From an uncultured Myxococcia bacterium (GTDB taxonomy: Bacteria > CAZTWC01): a DNA stretch of 38,722 nucleotides. The translations under genes and the position numbers were made by a program. The notes under the pieces were generated by a model. The model saw only the letters and a list, made by a program, of their open reading frames with translations. It did not search any database and was not told the DNA's origin. Shown here one piece after another: positions 27,383 to 38,608 of the stretch. How positions within the stretch are numbered: the stretch's first letter is position 1; each line of letters begins with the position of its first letter. The stretch covers positions 1 through 38,722 of the forward strand of contig CAZTWC010000006.1 of assembly GCA_964617105.1 (NCBI GenBank), written 5' to 3'.

Positions 27383-28924
27383 CTATTTATGATTATCGCG
27401 GTCTGGTTGAGAGATATAATACTGGTATATTTTCCGGTATTTTTTAGTTAAATCCGCTTCCTGGTAGTACTTTTGGGTTCTTTGCCGTCCAGCGTTTGAC
27501 ATCTGCTGCCATAATCGTTGGTCATAAAGAATCTTAATAATCCCATCGGCAGTATCGCCTGGATCAGATATCCTGCTTACCACACCTGAATACCCCAAAT
27601 CTTTATCATCCTCGCTCCTGCCCTCCAATAATTCCCGGCAAGACCCCACATCGGAAGCCACTACCGGAATACCTGCGGCATTGGCCTCCAATATCACCAG
27701 AGGCTGCGCTTCGCTGATACTGGTAAGAACTACCATGTCCAAATTGGGAAAGAAATCAAGCATATTTACCCGCCCGGTAAATTTGATTACATCTTTTAAT
27801 CCCAACATCTCCACCAGTTCAAGACACTCCTGATAATACTCAGGATCTTCGCCATAAGGGCCAATGATAAAGTAGTTCACCCTGGTCATGCGCAGAGTCA
27901 CAATTTTACAAGCCCGAATAAAAGTTTTAACATCCTTGATCGGGACCACCCGGCCGACAAAACCAATATTAAAAGGGGCTCCAGGCTCGCGCCAATCTCT
28001 TATATTTTCCGGTTTTAACGAATTATAGGCAAAAATATCGATACCATTAGGAATAATACCGGTCTTTTCCAGCTTAGCGCCTTCGGCTATTTGCAGTTGC
28101 CGGTTACCGTCATAAAGGGTGATAATCTGATCAGCCGCCTGGTAGGTAAGTTTGCCTAAGGCTTCAAACAGTTTTATCCATATTTTCTGAAAAACGCTCA
28201 GTTCTTTTTCAACCCGAATCCGGTTGGAACCAGCGGTATAGATCCATTCGGCCTGGGCGATCTCAATTTTTCTCTCTTTGGTGTATATCCCGTGCTCGGT
28301 CAGCATCATTGGCCGGTGGTATTCAGATTTGGCCAAAGTGGCCAGCAAGCCGGCATAACCGGTGCAAAGGGCATGATAGACCCTGGCCGGCGGTATTTCA
28401 GATTGCAGTACTTTACATAGTGGAAGATGAGTAAAACGGTAGGTCCAGAAATAATCGATAAAAGATTCATCGTTTTCTTCCGGATTATAGAGTTCCATTA
28501 GCAAATTCCAGGCATCTTTGCCATACATCATATCATAGGCGTTGTACCGCACCCCTTTGGGACCACGAAAAATATCCCTGATTTTATCCAACCGGGGATT
28601 ACCGCGATCTATAAGGTGGGTATGAAAAGTGCGCAGACTGCGAATTTGTTTTCTCCGGTGCCAGAGTTTTTTGGTTAAACTGCTTTTTTCCGGCTCCAGG
28701 TCATAATCGTGGAGATAAATAATTTTCTCCACCCTAAAATTATGGGGCTCTACATAGTGTTTTTGGGGTTTTTCTTTTGAGGAGGGAAGAATACAAACTC
28801 CCGCAAACGAGATATCGGAAAGATTGCTGACTAAATTATGAACCCAGGTGGATACCCCGCCAGGAACAAAGGGATAGGTGCCCTCCAGAATCAGGCATAT
28901 GTCAATATCAGATTGCTTGCTCAT
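27383..28924 (-). CDS. pelF: GT4 glycosyltransferase PelF
   Basis: Motifs LILEGTYPFVPGGVSTW, HALCTGYAG, LTEHGIYTKER, GRVVPIKDVKTFIRA and SISEAQPLVILE (EX7E). Start set at ATG 28924. Confidence 0.95.
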   Translation of the reverse strand: MSKQSDIDICLILEGTYPFVPGGVSTWVHNLVSNLSDISFAGVCILPSSKEKPQKHYVEPHNFRVEKIIYLHDYDLEPEKSSLTKKLWHRRKQIRSLRTFHTHLIDRGNPRLDKIRDIFRGPKGVRYNAYDMMYGKDAWNLLMELYNPEENDESFIDYFWTYRFTHLPLCKVLQSEIPPARVYHALCTGYAGLLATLAKSEYHRPMMLTEHGIYTKERKIEIAQAEWIYTAGSNRIRVEKELSVFQKIWIKLFEALGKLTYQAADQIITLYDGNRQLQIAEGAKLEKTGIIPNGIDIFAYNSLKPENIRDWREPGAPFNIGFVGRVVPIKDVKTFIRACKIVTLRMTRVNYFIIGPYGEDPEYYQECLELVEMLGLKDVIKFTGRVNMLDFFPNLDMVVLTSISEAQPLVILEANAAGIPVVASDVGSCRELLEGRSEDDKDLGYSGVVSRISDPGDTADGIIKILYDQRLWQQMSNAGRQRTQKYYQEADLTKKYRKIYQYYISQPDRDNHK

Positions 28925-29987
28925 TTTTATCGTTGTCAAATCCTTTAATCCAAAATTGAATCATTATATTGGTTTCAAAATCTCCTGCATCTTTATTGGG
29001 CAACAGGTTTATTTTCTCTATCCCGGCTTTTAAAGACAATAGATTATTCTCCTCATAATACACTTCACAAAGGCCCAGGTGTGCCTCCAATTTTTCCGAA
29101 TTCAATCTCAGGGCGTTATTAAAAAATTGTTCCGCCTCTTTATAGTTTTGATTCAGGCAACTGATTTGCCCCAACCTGGTCAATAGTTTTAGATTATCGG
29201 GTTCATATTCTAACTGTTGCTTAAAGGTGGTAAGTGATTTTTGCAAATAATGGCTGGTGGTTACCTGGTCAACCAGGTTGCTGGTGGCATATTGGGCGTA
29301 TAACTCCGCCAATTTATGCAAGGGTTTATTATTTTTCTGCTTTTTATCCTTACACTGCTCCTGGACCCGCTGAATTTTATCGATATATCTTTTATCCATT
29401 TTGGTGATGGTGGTGTGGGCCATAAAACGCACCTCTGGACTGTCATCTTTCAAACAAATTTTCAGCATATTAACCGCTTCCGCAGTGCCGGCTTTCTCTA
29501 AAAAGGTGATCGCGCCCCGCTTTAAGTCTTCATCATCGCCGGCTAAAATGTCGATGACCGGTTCGATATTAGTTTCATCAGATATCATCTTCTCCAGTTC
29601 CTGGTTTCCAGGAATTCCTGCCTCCTCCAGGGAATAGACGGTTTCCTGCTGATAGATTTGCGCCAAACCTTTGGCTTTGATTACCTCCTCGATATTAAAT
29701 ATGGTCAGGTAAGTGCCAATGATGCCGATAACCGGCATAAACAGGGTGAACCAACCGCATAAATGGGAATAAAACTTTATCCGGGCCTGGTCTTTTGCTT
29801 TAAAAAAAATATAGGGGAGCAAGAATATCAACCCACTGGCGGCCAGGTGGAGCCATAAAGCATAAAGCAAATTATTATACAAAATTCGTTGATAGTTCAC
29901 CTCTATGGTCAGGTAAAAAGCGGCGCCTTCTAATAACAAGGTTACCACCACAAACAAGATAGTAAAAAGCCTGATTAACAGTTTCAT
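28908..29987 (-). CDS. pelE: PelE-like membrane protein with HEAT and TPR repeats
   Basis: N-terminal TMs including FMPVIG, HEAT-like LKDDSPEVRFMA and C-terminal TPRs; located between pelD and pelF. Confidence 0.82.
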   Translation of the reverse strand: MKLLIRLFTILFVVVTLLLEGAAFYLTIEVNYQRILYNNLLYALWLHLAASGLIFLLPYIFFKAKDQARIKFYSHLCGWFTLFMPVIGIIGTYLTIFNIEEVIKAKGLAQIYQQETVYSLEEAGIPGNQELEKMISDETNIEPVIDILAGDDEDLKRGAITFLEKAGTAEAVNMLKICLKDDSPEVRFMAHTTITKMDKRYIDKIQRVQEQCKDKKQKNNKPLHKLAELYAQYATSNLVDQVTTSHYLQKSLTTFKQQLEYEPDNLKLLTRLGQISCLNQNYKEAEQFFNNALRLNSEKLEAHLGLCEVYYEENNLLSLKAGIEKINLLPNKDAGDFETNIMIQFWIKGFDNDKNEQAI

Positions 29988-31450
29988 TTCATCGCCTCAA
30001 AGGCCTTTTGGATGAACTCCTGGTAATTTTTCATGGAATCTTCAACACTCACCGCACCGACCTTGACTTGGAGGGGGCGGTCATCATCATAGGGTTTAAA
30101 ATTAAAAGCTTGGATCTCATCGAAAACTTTTTTCCTGACGATATTTGCGCCCTCTAAGGGAGTATTGGGTAAAAAAAGGACAAACCGGTTTATCTCTTTA
30201 TGATGGAATAGCAAATCGATGGTGCGAAGTTTATTTTTTAAGACCAGGCTAAAAACGGTCAATATATCCAGGCGGGTTTGCTCAGAAAAGGAGGTGTAGT
30301 CATCAAACTCAAAGGCTAAAAGGCTGGAGGGAAATTTATAGCGCTTAGCCCGGCTGAACTCTTCCTGGAGCCGGAACTGGCAGTATTGATAGGTATAGGC
30401 GCGGGTAACATCATCAGCAATGTTTTTATCGTGGGTCTCTTTGAATACCCGGGCGTTTTCCAGGGCAGACCCACACCAATCGGCAATTAGAGTCGTCATC
30501 CTTACCGTTTGGGGGTTAAACTTGATAAAGGGGAGTTTCTCGATATTAATAATTCCCAATACCCGATTGTGGTTATCCATTAAGGGAGCGGAGACCACCG
30601 GTCGGTAATCTTTAGATTCCATCAACTCCTGGTCACTGAGAATCCGGTTGAGACTGATAGTATTTTTCGAAGTAAAAACCCGGCCTATTTGTCCGATGTT
30701 GCTATCCACCTCTTTAGGGCGGGAAAAAGAAGAGTTAGTATCAATATCATTTTTTTCGGTCAGAATGAACTTCCCCTTAAAGAGCATGTAAAGTGAGCAT
30801 GATTCTGCTTCAGTAAACTTTAGCAGCAATTTTAACACTGCCGGGTAGATATCCTTCTCATCCAAAGACTTCAGGCCTTGGGCAGCCTCGTACAGAGTGG
30901 AAACCGTGTGCTCTCGAGAGACTACCCAGGTATCTATCTCTTGTTTGGCTCGACTCAGCCCCTGGTAACTTTCGGCTAACTGTTGGTGTAACTCCTGCAA
31001 ATCATTATATTTTACACTTAATTGGTTATAAGCGCGCCTATACACTTCTCTGATTTCACCAATAATAATACCTCCTGCTAAAAAGAGCAGCGGTTTCGAT
31101 AAAAAGTCAACTTTAAGAAATACTGACCACTTGATATTGGCATAACCCACTTTCAGCATAATCATCAAAAGCAGGCTGGCAGCAATAGCGGTAAATACTC
31201 CCGGTAAAAAACCGTACCTGGTGGCGATAAGCAGGATAACTATCCAGTATGGGTGGGGGCGTATACCCCAAAAACCGAGGTTATCCTTGAACCAAAATAT
31301 GTTGATCACCACAATTAGCGCCAGGCCTAAAAGCCCTTCCAAAATCTCCACCTGCCTGAGCCTTAACATAGAGATGGCACTGACCTTTTTTTTCGGCTCC
31401 TTTTCTGGTATATCGCGCTTTTTTTCTTTCTTGTCTGTCTTATCAGTCAA
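29984..31450 (-). CDS. pelD: PelD-like c-di-GMP receptor (TM + GAF + degenerate GGDEF)
   Basis: TM block with PHPYW...LIATRYG, a coiled coil and a GAF domain (INIEKLPFIKFN). The GGDEF-like domain keeps the RxxD I-site (RTID) but lacks GGDEF. Confidence 0.88.
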   Translation of the reverse strand: MTDKTDKKEKKRDIPEKEPKKKVSAISMLRLRQVEILEGLLGLALIVVINIFWFKDNLGFWGIRPHPYWIVILLIATRYGFLPGVFTAIAASLLLMIMLKVGYANIKWSVFLKVDFLSKPLLFLAGGIIIGEIREVYRRAYNQLSVKYNDLQELHQQLAESYQGLSRAKQEIDTWVVSREHTVSTLYEAAQGLKSLDEKDIYPAVLKLLLKFTEAESCSLYMLFKGKFILTEKNDIDTNSSFSRPKEVDSNIGQIGRVFTSKNTISLNRILSDQELMESKDYRPVVSAPLMDNHNRVLGIINIEKLPFIKFNPQTVRMTTLIADWCGSALENARVFKETHDKNIADDVTRAYTYQYCQFRLQEEFSRAKRYKFPSSLLAFEFDDYTSFSEQTRLDILTVFSLVLKNKLRTIDLLFHHKEINRFVLFLPNTPLEGANIVRKKVFDEIQAFNFKPYDDDRPLQVKVGAVSVEDSMKNYQEFIQKAFEAMK

Positions 31451-32886
31451 AATGTGACCTTTATATTAGCAGTAAAACTCTGCAAAGTTCCGCCCAAAAC
31501 AGTTCTAGCCTCGCTAGAGCGGTCATACACGATATCCGCTTCTACCCATTTACCGATTCTGACGCCCAGTCCGGATAAGATATACCATGAAAACAGCGCT
31601 CTTACAATATCTCTGCGGCCTTCAGTGGCTAAAGTCAGGGAGATATGGTCAGTCAGCCAATGCTTAAATCGCAGGGAGGCCACCAAAACCATCTCTCTAT
31701 CCAGCATGTGAATTGGACGGGTGTCGCTGTCCTGATATTTATCAGCATAAGCAAACCAAGAGGTCACGGCAGAAGCGCTCAAATAGATCTCCGGTCGGTC
31801 AGCCAGGCGGCGGGAAACAATAGCCGAGATAATCTGCCTGCTGCCATAATCCTGGCCACTGTAAATGCTGTAATACCATTGGCTTAGATTAAAGTAAAAT
31901 CCCCAGGACTGAGCAAAATAGGTTTCCAGGGACAGAGAACCGCGATTATAAGTGCTTTGATATGGTACTGCCTGCACCGGATCATACCAGGGGCGAAGCA
32001 TTTGCAGATCTCCCTTGACGATCAGATTTTCTTTCAGGCGATAATCAAAACCAGCCATCAAGGGGATTCCATCGCCCACACCGCGGAAAAAACCACTGGC
32101 CAGCCAGGTGGTCAGGTTGCCCCGGGAATAGTCGAGCCTGGTCCTCAGATCGATGATAGTTTCAGCCAACCGTGGGTCATCCCTCACTGCCTGGCGATCT
32201 GCGGTTATCCAATCCAGGTGAAAACTGAGACGGGATTGATTGGACAGGTAGACCTGTTGATGGGCAAATACCTTGCTCAATCTTTCAACTTCAGTTGATT
32301 GTATACGGTATCCGCCCATAAAAATCGGACTTTTTTGACCAAGAATCGAATGCACCATTCGTAGGGCCTGCCGGTTTTCCGGTTCTACTTCCAGCACCTT
32401 ACAAAAATAATACAGCCCTTTATCCCACTGCCCATTATCGATAAGAGCATAAGCATAAGCACTCCAGAGGTTACTCTCCAAAGGGTTGACCTGGATCAAC
32501 TGTTCATAAATGGGCAAACTGCTCTCAGCATACCTCATCTCTTGCAAGATAAGGGCCAAAAACCGGGTGGCCTGTTCGTGGCCTTTATACTTGAGCAGGA
32601 ACTTTCCGGTTTGCAGCAGAGCTGATTCATATCGCTGCATATTAATTAAAGACTCAATATAACCAAGCCAGTTCTGTTGGTTATGCGGATCTTTTTTAAG
32701 CAATTGCCGGTAAATATTCATGGCCCGCCAATTCTGGCCCAACCCTAAATAGATTCTGGCCCGCAACAACTCGTCCCCTCTTTCCTCCTCCCGAGTATCC
32801 TCTCGGGCATCAACCGGGGTATCGGCCAGAGCGCCGGAGTTGGCCAAAAATATTATCAGGATGAAAAAAATAATAATACGGATCAT
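31447..32886 (-). CDS. PelB C-terminal-like protein: signal peptide, short TPR array, predicted outer-membrane beta-barrel
   Basis: Own signal peptide (...ANSGALA), about 4 TPRs, and an aromatic-rich beta-strand region ending in F (FTANIKVTF). Occupies the pelB position. Confidence 0.7.
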   Translation of the reverse strand: MIRIIIFFILIIFLANSGALADTPVDAREDTREEERGDELLRARIYLGLGQNWRAMNIYRQLLKKDPHNQQNWLGYIESLINMQRYESALLQTGKFLLKYKGHEQATRFLALILQEMRYAESSLPIYEQLIQVNPLESNLWSAYAYALIDNGQWDKGLYYFCKVLEVEPENRQALRMVHSILGQKSPIFMGGYRIQSTEVERLSKVFAHQQVYLSNQSRLSFHLDWITADRQAVRDDPRLAETIIDLRTRLDYSRGNLTTWLASGFFRGVGDGIPLMAGFDYRLKENLIVKGDLQMLRPWYDPVQAVPYQSTYNRGSLSLETYFAQSWGFYFNLSQWYYSIYSGQDYGSRQIISAIVSRRLADRPEIYLSASAVTSWFAYADKYQDSDTRPIHMLDREMVLVASLRFKHWLTDHISLTLATEGRRDIVRALFSWYILSGLGVRIGKWVEADIVYDRSSEARTVLGGTLQSFTANIKVTF

Positions 32887-35648
32887 TTACAACTTTTTAC
32901 CCTTTTTACCCTTTTTCAGTTCCATTAGCCTGAGAGATTCATTGAATTCTCGTTTCCCCTTCTCTTTACGCCCCAGATCAAAAAAAAGTTGGCCCAATTG
33001 GTAACGGATCTTATAATCTTTTGGGACCACCTGGCAATATAACTCCAGCCTCTGAAGCGCTTTTTTAAAATTCCTCTTTCCCTGGTAAATTTGTCCACTA
33101 CCCAGCAAAGCATACTGATTTTTGGGCTCTGCTTTGAGGACTTTTTCAAATAGTTGCAAAGCGATATCAGGCCGATTATTCCAATGTGCCTGTTGCCCAA
33201 GCCGGGAAAGAAAACTAATATCCTGCGAATTCTCCTTTTGAAGATGCTGGTATATTTCATATCCCTGGCTTTTCCGCCCCATCATATCATAGGCTATAGC
33301 CAACATTATGCCTGGTTGCCTGGGCAGCGGTCTTTTACTGGTAAAAGGCTTCATCAGCCGCAATACCTTTTTCCACTCCTTGCGGTCCAAGTAATGCCAG
33401 GCCAGAGAAATATAGCCTTCCTGGGGAAGAGCCTTCCGGGAGTGGAGATATTTAAGTTGCGCAATCTGTTTGAAGTGCATATTGAGCCAACTATAGTAGA
33501 GAGCCAATTTTTTTCTTAACTCCATATCTTGAGGACGTGTTTTCAAAGCCTGCTCAAAAAAGGGTAAAGCAGCCCTGGTATTGCCCGTTTCAATCAAGGC
33601 ATCTCCGGCAGCAAGGGTTATTTCAAAATTATGAGGATTTAATTTGGCAATACGCTGCAAATAATGGCGTACCTCCTGGTGCCGATTGAGCCAGCCCGCC
33701 ATTTGCAGCACACTGGTCTGAAAAAAAGTATCCTGTGGCGCCTGTTCAAATAGTTCCTTGTATAGCCGGTAGGCTTTCTCCTGCCGGTTGAGCCAAATAT
33801 AGAGTTGGGCTAATTGTTTTTTTACCTCAATATCATCTGGCTTAAGGCCTAAGTACCTTTCATAAGAGATGGCAGCCTTTTTCTCCTGTTTCTGGCCCAG
33901 CAGATATTCAGCCCTCTTCAGGTGGATACCGGCATCTCCAGGAAGTTTTCTGGAGGCAATCGCCAGGGCTTCTTCTACCAACTGCTGCTGGTTGGTAGCA
34001 GCGGCGGTATCAATCAACTGCTTGATATATTTACCTTTAGCCCCCTTATGCATGATAAATTGTTTATGCATGTGATAAGATTTTAGCGGATTCTGCAACC
34101 AGGCGTAAATCTGGGCCAACCGTTTTTGAACCGCCGGGTCTTGAGGCAATATCTTTTCCGCTGTTTCCAGGGCATCGATGGTAATCTTCTCATTACCGGA
34201 ATAATTGGCAATATCAATGAGCCTCAACACCTGCGCCTGGCCAGGATTTTTTTGGCTAGCCAGGTAGATCTTGAAATAGGGATAGGATTTGTCTGGTTTT
34301 TCCGCGTATAAATAGTAATCAGCCAATCTTTTAGCCACTTGAGGATCTTGAGGCATCACCTCTTCGGCAATGGTCAGAGATTCAAAAACAAACGACATTT
34401 CGCCGGAATAACTGGCAGAATCGAGCATCTTAAAGATCAGTTTCTTTTGACTCCTGGACTTAGTTTTCTTCCGGTTGAGCACCAATTGCTTATAAAGAGG
34501 GTAGGCTTTTTGAGGCTGGTTTTCCGCTAAATAGATGCTGGCCAGGCGCCTCATATAACTCCTCCGGCCAGGAGCTACAACCAGCAACTTTTCATAGGCC
34601 AATATGGCCTGTTCCTGATCACCGGTTTGGCTAGCAATTTTGGCCGCTGACTCCAATATCTTTCTGTAGCGGGGAAACTTAGAATTTAAAGCGAAAAGAT
34701 ATTTAATCGATTCCTTATGCAACCCACTCCAGCACATTATATCGGTTAAATGTAACCGGTATTTAAATTTGCTCTTTTTTTCCAAATCAAGCCTGGAAGC
34801 AATTCTCTCTGCTCTGGCCTGTTGATCACTGATTAGATAAAGTTCCAACAACCGGGTAATGGTATTGTTCTGGGCCGATTCATCCACTTTTACCCTCTTT
34901 TTCTGGGCCGGGAAACTAAAGAGATTCTCATCTGGTACTCTGCTCTTTAGCGTTACTATTGAATCTGAATCATCCTTTTTTATCAAATCGCTGGTTTCTA
35001 CGATCATCTGAGACTGGTATTCTGCGTTTAACAAATACAAATTGCTCAAAATAGCCATCACAAAGTGATTTTTTATCCCCAAAGAAACATCGACCCCCCA
35101 GTCAAATAATTCTTCCTGTAAAATAGTAGCCACCGGGTCACTGGAGAAATCGATTAACAGCTTCTCTGTTTGCTTTTTGTGCAGCATAATTACTTTACTA
35201 ATTGCCTGGCTCTCTTTTTCCGGCTCCATATCATACCTATAATAAGCCACCAGCCTGATCCAGGCCTCTAAATTCCAAGAGGCAATCGCCACCAACCTTT
35301 CCAGCACCTTTTTTGCCTTCTTGGAACGTCGTTCATATTCATACAGGGAAGCCAGTTGTAAAAATATTTTTTCGTTTTCTTTATCCAGTTGGATAGAGGT
35401 TTTCAATTCACCAATAGCATCTTCTGGTTCCCCGGCCANNNNNNNNNNNNNNNNNNNNNNNNNNNNNNNNNNNNNNNNNNNNCGTCAGGATCTTCCTCTA
35501 AGTATTGAGACAGATACATTCTGGCCTCTTCTAACAGTTCGGTTTGAATATGGAGAGAAATCACCGTGCTCTTACTGGGAAATATGGCCACTGCAATGCC
35601 GAAAATAATTATAGCAAACAGTAGAAACTGCCACAATTTAATCTGCAC
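32887..35648 (-). CDS. Large TPR-repeat protein with N-terminal membrane anchor (PelB TPR-scaffold-like), spanning an assembly gap
   Basis: GTG 35648 follows an AGGAGG RBS and encodes a TM helix. After the N gap the reading continues GREPEDAIGELKTSIQLDKEN..., in frame with the 839-aa TPR ORF, with repeated LAxxYxW TPR motifs. Confidence 0.78.
35439..35482. other. Scaffold gap (44 Ns)
   Basis: Run of N characters inside the TPR gene; the gap length is only an estimate. Confidence 0.99.
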
Positions 35649-35672
35649 ACCGCCTCCTGAAGATCCGATTTT

Positions 35673-37839
35673 TCACTCTTCATCCTTTTTAGTGATAATT
35701 AATTTTCCGGTCTCCAGGTTGTCTATCCGTAAAATTTTATTTACATCTGACTGGTATTCCCGCTGCCTGTCGCCCGCGGCAGATCCGGTTACCATAAATT
35801 TAGCCTCCGGAGGCACCCACTTTAATACTATTGATCCATGGCTGCCAAAGCCTCGGTAATCGATTTTCCACTTTCCATCCTGGTATTCCCATTTATCTAC
35901 CCAGCCACTGGACTGTTGCAAATATCCTCCCGGCAGCACCGGCGGATTGGTAACCAGGTGGATCACTGCCCGCTCTTTTGCGGGAGTCAGAAAAACATAA
36001 AGCCCCTGGGGAAGATTTATATAACCCAGCACATTTTCCGATTGCAGCAAATCCGGGTATAATTCATCGTCCTCAAAACGCAAAGTCAGCGCTTTTTGGT
36101 AATTTTCTATTACAAAGATATTGGCTTTTTTATCGCTCTTTTTATAAATACGAACACCGAGGAAATCACGGGCCATTTTTAGATATTCCGAGGTAAATAC
36201 CGGAGCGGTTTTTTGCTTGAGAACCCATTTATATACTTTTTTCAGCGCTTTTAAGGAAGATTTATACTGGGCGCTGTAATAATGGTAGTAGATATTTATC
36301 GGCTTTATTCTCCGTGGCGATTCGGTGTTTTCCATGGTGTCGATAATCTGCCTGTACCCATAAAGCGGACGGGTCCACAAGTTGGTAAGGATATTTTCAT
36401 TGGCCTGTCCGGTATAAAATTGATAACGTTCGCCTACCTTACGGTATAGAGGCGATACCGAAGTATAGGAATCGTTATACTCGTCAAACAGGGTATCGCC
36501 GCCGTTAATATTTAAATAACCAGCCTTATCAGCCAGGGCTATTTGCTCCTCGGTGGGCCGGCAGTTGGCAGGGCTTATCGGGCGAAGTCAGGTTGCTGGT
36601 AACATACTGCATAGAAGTAATAATCTCTTTATGGGCATCAAAGGTATAGCCTTTCACTTTTATACCGTGCTGGTGAGGATATCTTTTGGCTGATCTTTTA
36701 TCATCTTTATTCCAATAAAACGGGTGGGAAAAAGAGTGAGAAGCAGGTTCTATATTGGGCATCCTGTATATCTCCCGGGCTAATTCCTTATACTTCAGTT
36801 TACCATTGAGTTTGGGTTCTATCTCAGCCACAATTACCGAAGCGGAGTGGGGAAAAGAATATTTTTCCAGAATATCCTCTTTGATGATCTGGGCACAATA
36901 TTTAGCCCGGTTTATCCTGGTAAAACCGCCGAAAGCATCGCCGTCAATATGGGCAAAGGCTAACCGGCTGCCATTGAGAGTGGTGGGGTCGGGGCTGGGC
37001 AAGCCGGTCAAGCCCAAAGCCTCCTGAAAAAATAAAAACGGATTTATATGCCACTTTTTTCGAAAAGTGATGGGATCCTGCCAGAAAATATAATTGAAAT
37101 AGGCAAAACCACCGTTTGGGCTGGTAAACACAATAGCACTATCCGATCCGGGCAAATCTTTTCTCTTGATGGTCAAGTAGAGATTGATCTTCTTTTTATT
37201 TATTGGTCGAAAATACTCATAAACCGGGGGGAAAAAGGGGTAGTTTCGTTCAAATTCAACTCTGTTCTTTGCTTTTAGGCTATAGCGGAGCACCCTTTTA
37301 TTGGTAGTAAAACTCTCCTTATATTCTACTCCCAGACGGCGATAAATTTTCAGTACCAGGGAGGTTACTACCGTATCCCGGCCATATAAAAGGGTTCCAC
37401 CCATTTCCCCTAAAATCACCACCTTGCGGCCATAATCAAATTGTTTATTTAGCCAGGTCAAAAACTCTCTGGCTCCGGCCAATTTATTGGAAATAAACCA
37501 GGTGATCACCCCCCGGTATTGGGCCATCGCTTTTGGCGTAGGCAAGGGCCGTTGTTGTACGTCCCAATAATCAACCAGGATGCCAAAATAGTTGAGGATC
37601 ACCTGTCCGACCTCAAAAAAATGGTTGCTATCCTCTTGCTCTTTTTGGGCAGAGTCATACATAACCAGTACTTTTCTCAGCACCAGCTCACCCGGGTTTT
37701 CCGCTTTTTTGATCTCATTGGCAGCATGGGCTGCATTCATATTGGATAGTGCGACCTGCAAAACCAACAGCAAAGAAATTATCAACAGGCAAAATTTATA
37801 ATTTAATAATTGAAATCGCTCAATCATACCAAAAACCAT
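35673..37839 (-). pseudogene. pelA: PelA deacetylase-type gene (no hydrolase domain), frameshifted at about 36565 (true lesion or assembly error)
   Basis: The 5' part has a signal peptide, W.INPFLFF, PDPTTLNGSRLAFAHIDGD and ASHSFSHPFYW. The 3' part, in another frame from 36566, reads NCRPTEEQIALADKAGYLNINGGDT...NENILTNLW...PRRIKPINIYYHYYS, which is typical PelA. Confidence 0.85.
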
Positions 37840-37939
37840 TTTTTATTAACTAATGCCACAATATAACCCTACAATTACAACAAAGATTATAGTAAAATTA
37901 TCCCCTTTCGGATCTCCGGGCTCATCGATTTTGAACACG

Positions 37940-38491
37940 TCAATACAGACTCTTCTGGGTTTCGGCGCAATTTGGCGGTCGGTCATTGCCGCTAATCTTA
38001 AAATCGTCGCAAGATAATATAAGGTCATGATGCATACCTAAAATATAACCGGCTAAGGCAATTATAATAACCACCCCAAATAGCAGAGCCAACAGTTTTT
38101 TTTGCAATCGAAAGATATCTGGATTGGATATGTTCAGAAAAATATAGCCAATATAAGGAAGGCAAAAAAGACAAATTATCACCTCTATTACCGCCATAAC
38201 ATCCTCGATAAATTCACCTCCAACCCTGGTGTCATCCACAATTTTCAGGATAAGCCAAACACTGGGCAAAAGCATCAAAGGGGCCATAGTTTTCCCAATC
38301 GGAGCTTTGCCCCGCGGGAGCATAATGGAGGTAAGAAAAAGGATAATCGAAATTATCCAGATCACAAAGATGCGGTGAAAAAAGATCACTCCAAAGGCGC
38401 CCAGGTTAAAAAAGATATCCCATGCAGCCGTGGATAAACCGGTAGCAGCAATTAGCAAGGTTATGGTATTTTTATCAAGATTTTTTTTCAT
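37940..38491 (-). CDS. Hypothetical integral membrane protein (about 5 TM)
   Basis: Multiple hydrophobic helices; C-terminal SCDDFKISGNDRPPNC two-Cys motif. Confidence 0.75.
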   Translation of the reverse strand: MKKNLDKNTITLLIAATGLSTAAWDIFFNLGAFGVIFFHRIFVIWIISIILFLTSIMLPRGKAPIGKTMAPLMLLPSVWLILKIVDDTRVGGEFIEDVMAVIEVIICLFCLPYIGYIFLNISNPDIFRLQKKLLALLFGVVIIIALAGYILGMHHDLILSCDDFKISGNDRPPNCAETQKSLY

Positions 38492-38608
38492 GGCTTCAAT
38501 TTCTGCAATTCATCTTTGAGATTAACGCGGTCAGATAATCAATAATGAAATCCTCAGGCTTGTTTATCAGCGCAAAAGTCTAATATAAATGTTATAGTCT
38601 TTTTTTCA

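Noticed and set aside
35403-35648. Independent 81-aa ORF
   Set aside because: Its apparent end results from the arbitrary N-gap length. The sequence after the gap reads in frame with the large TPR ORF.
36529-36531. Selenocysteine or other read-through of the TGA ending the 436-aa ORF
   Set aside because: The PelA-like continuation is in a different frame and begins upstream of this stop, so this is a frameshift, not recoding.
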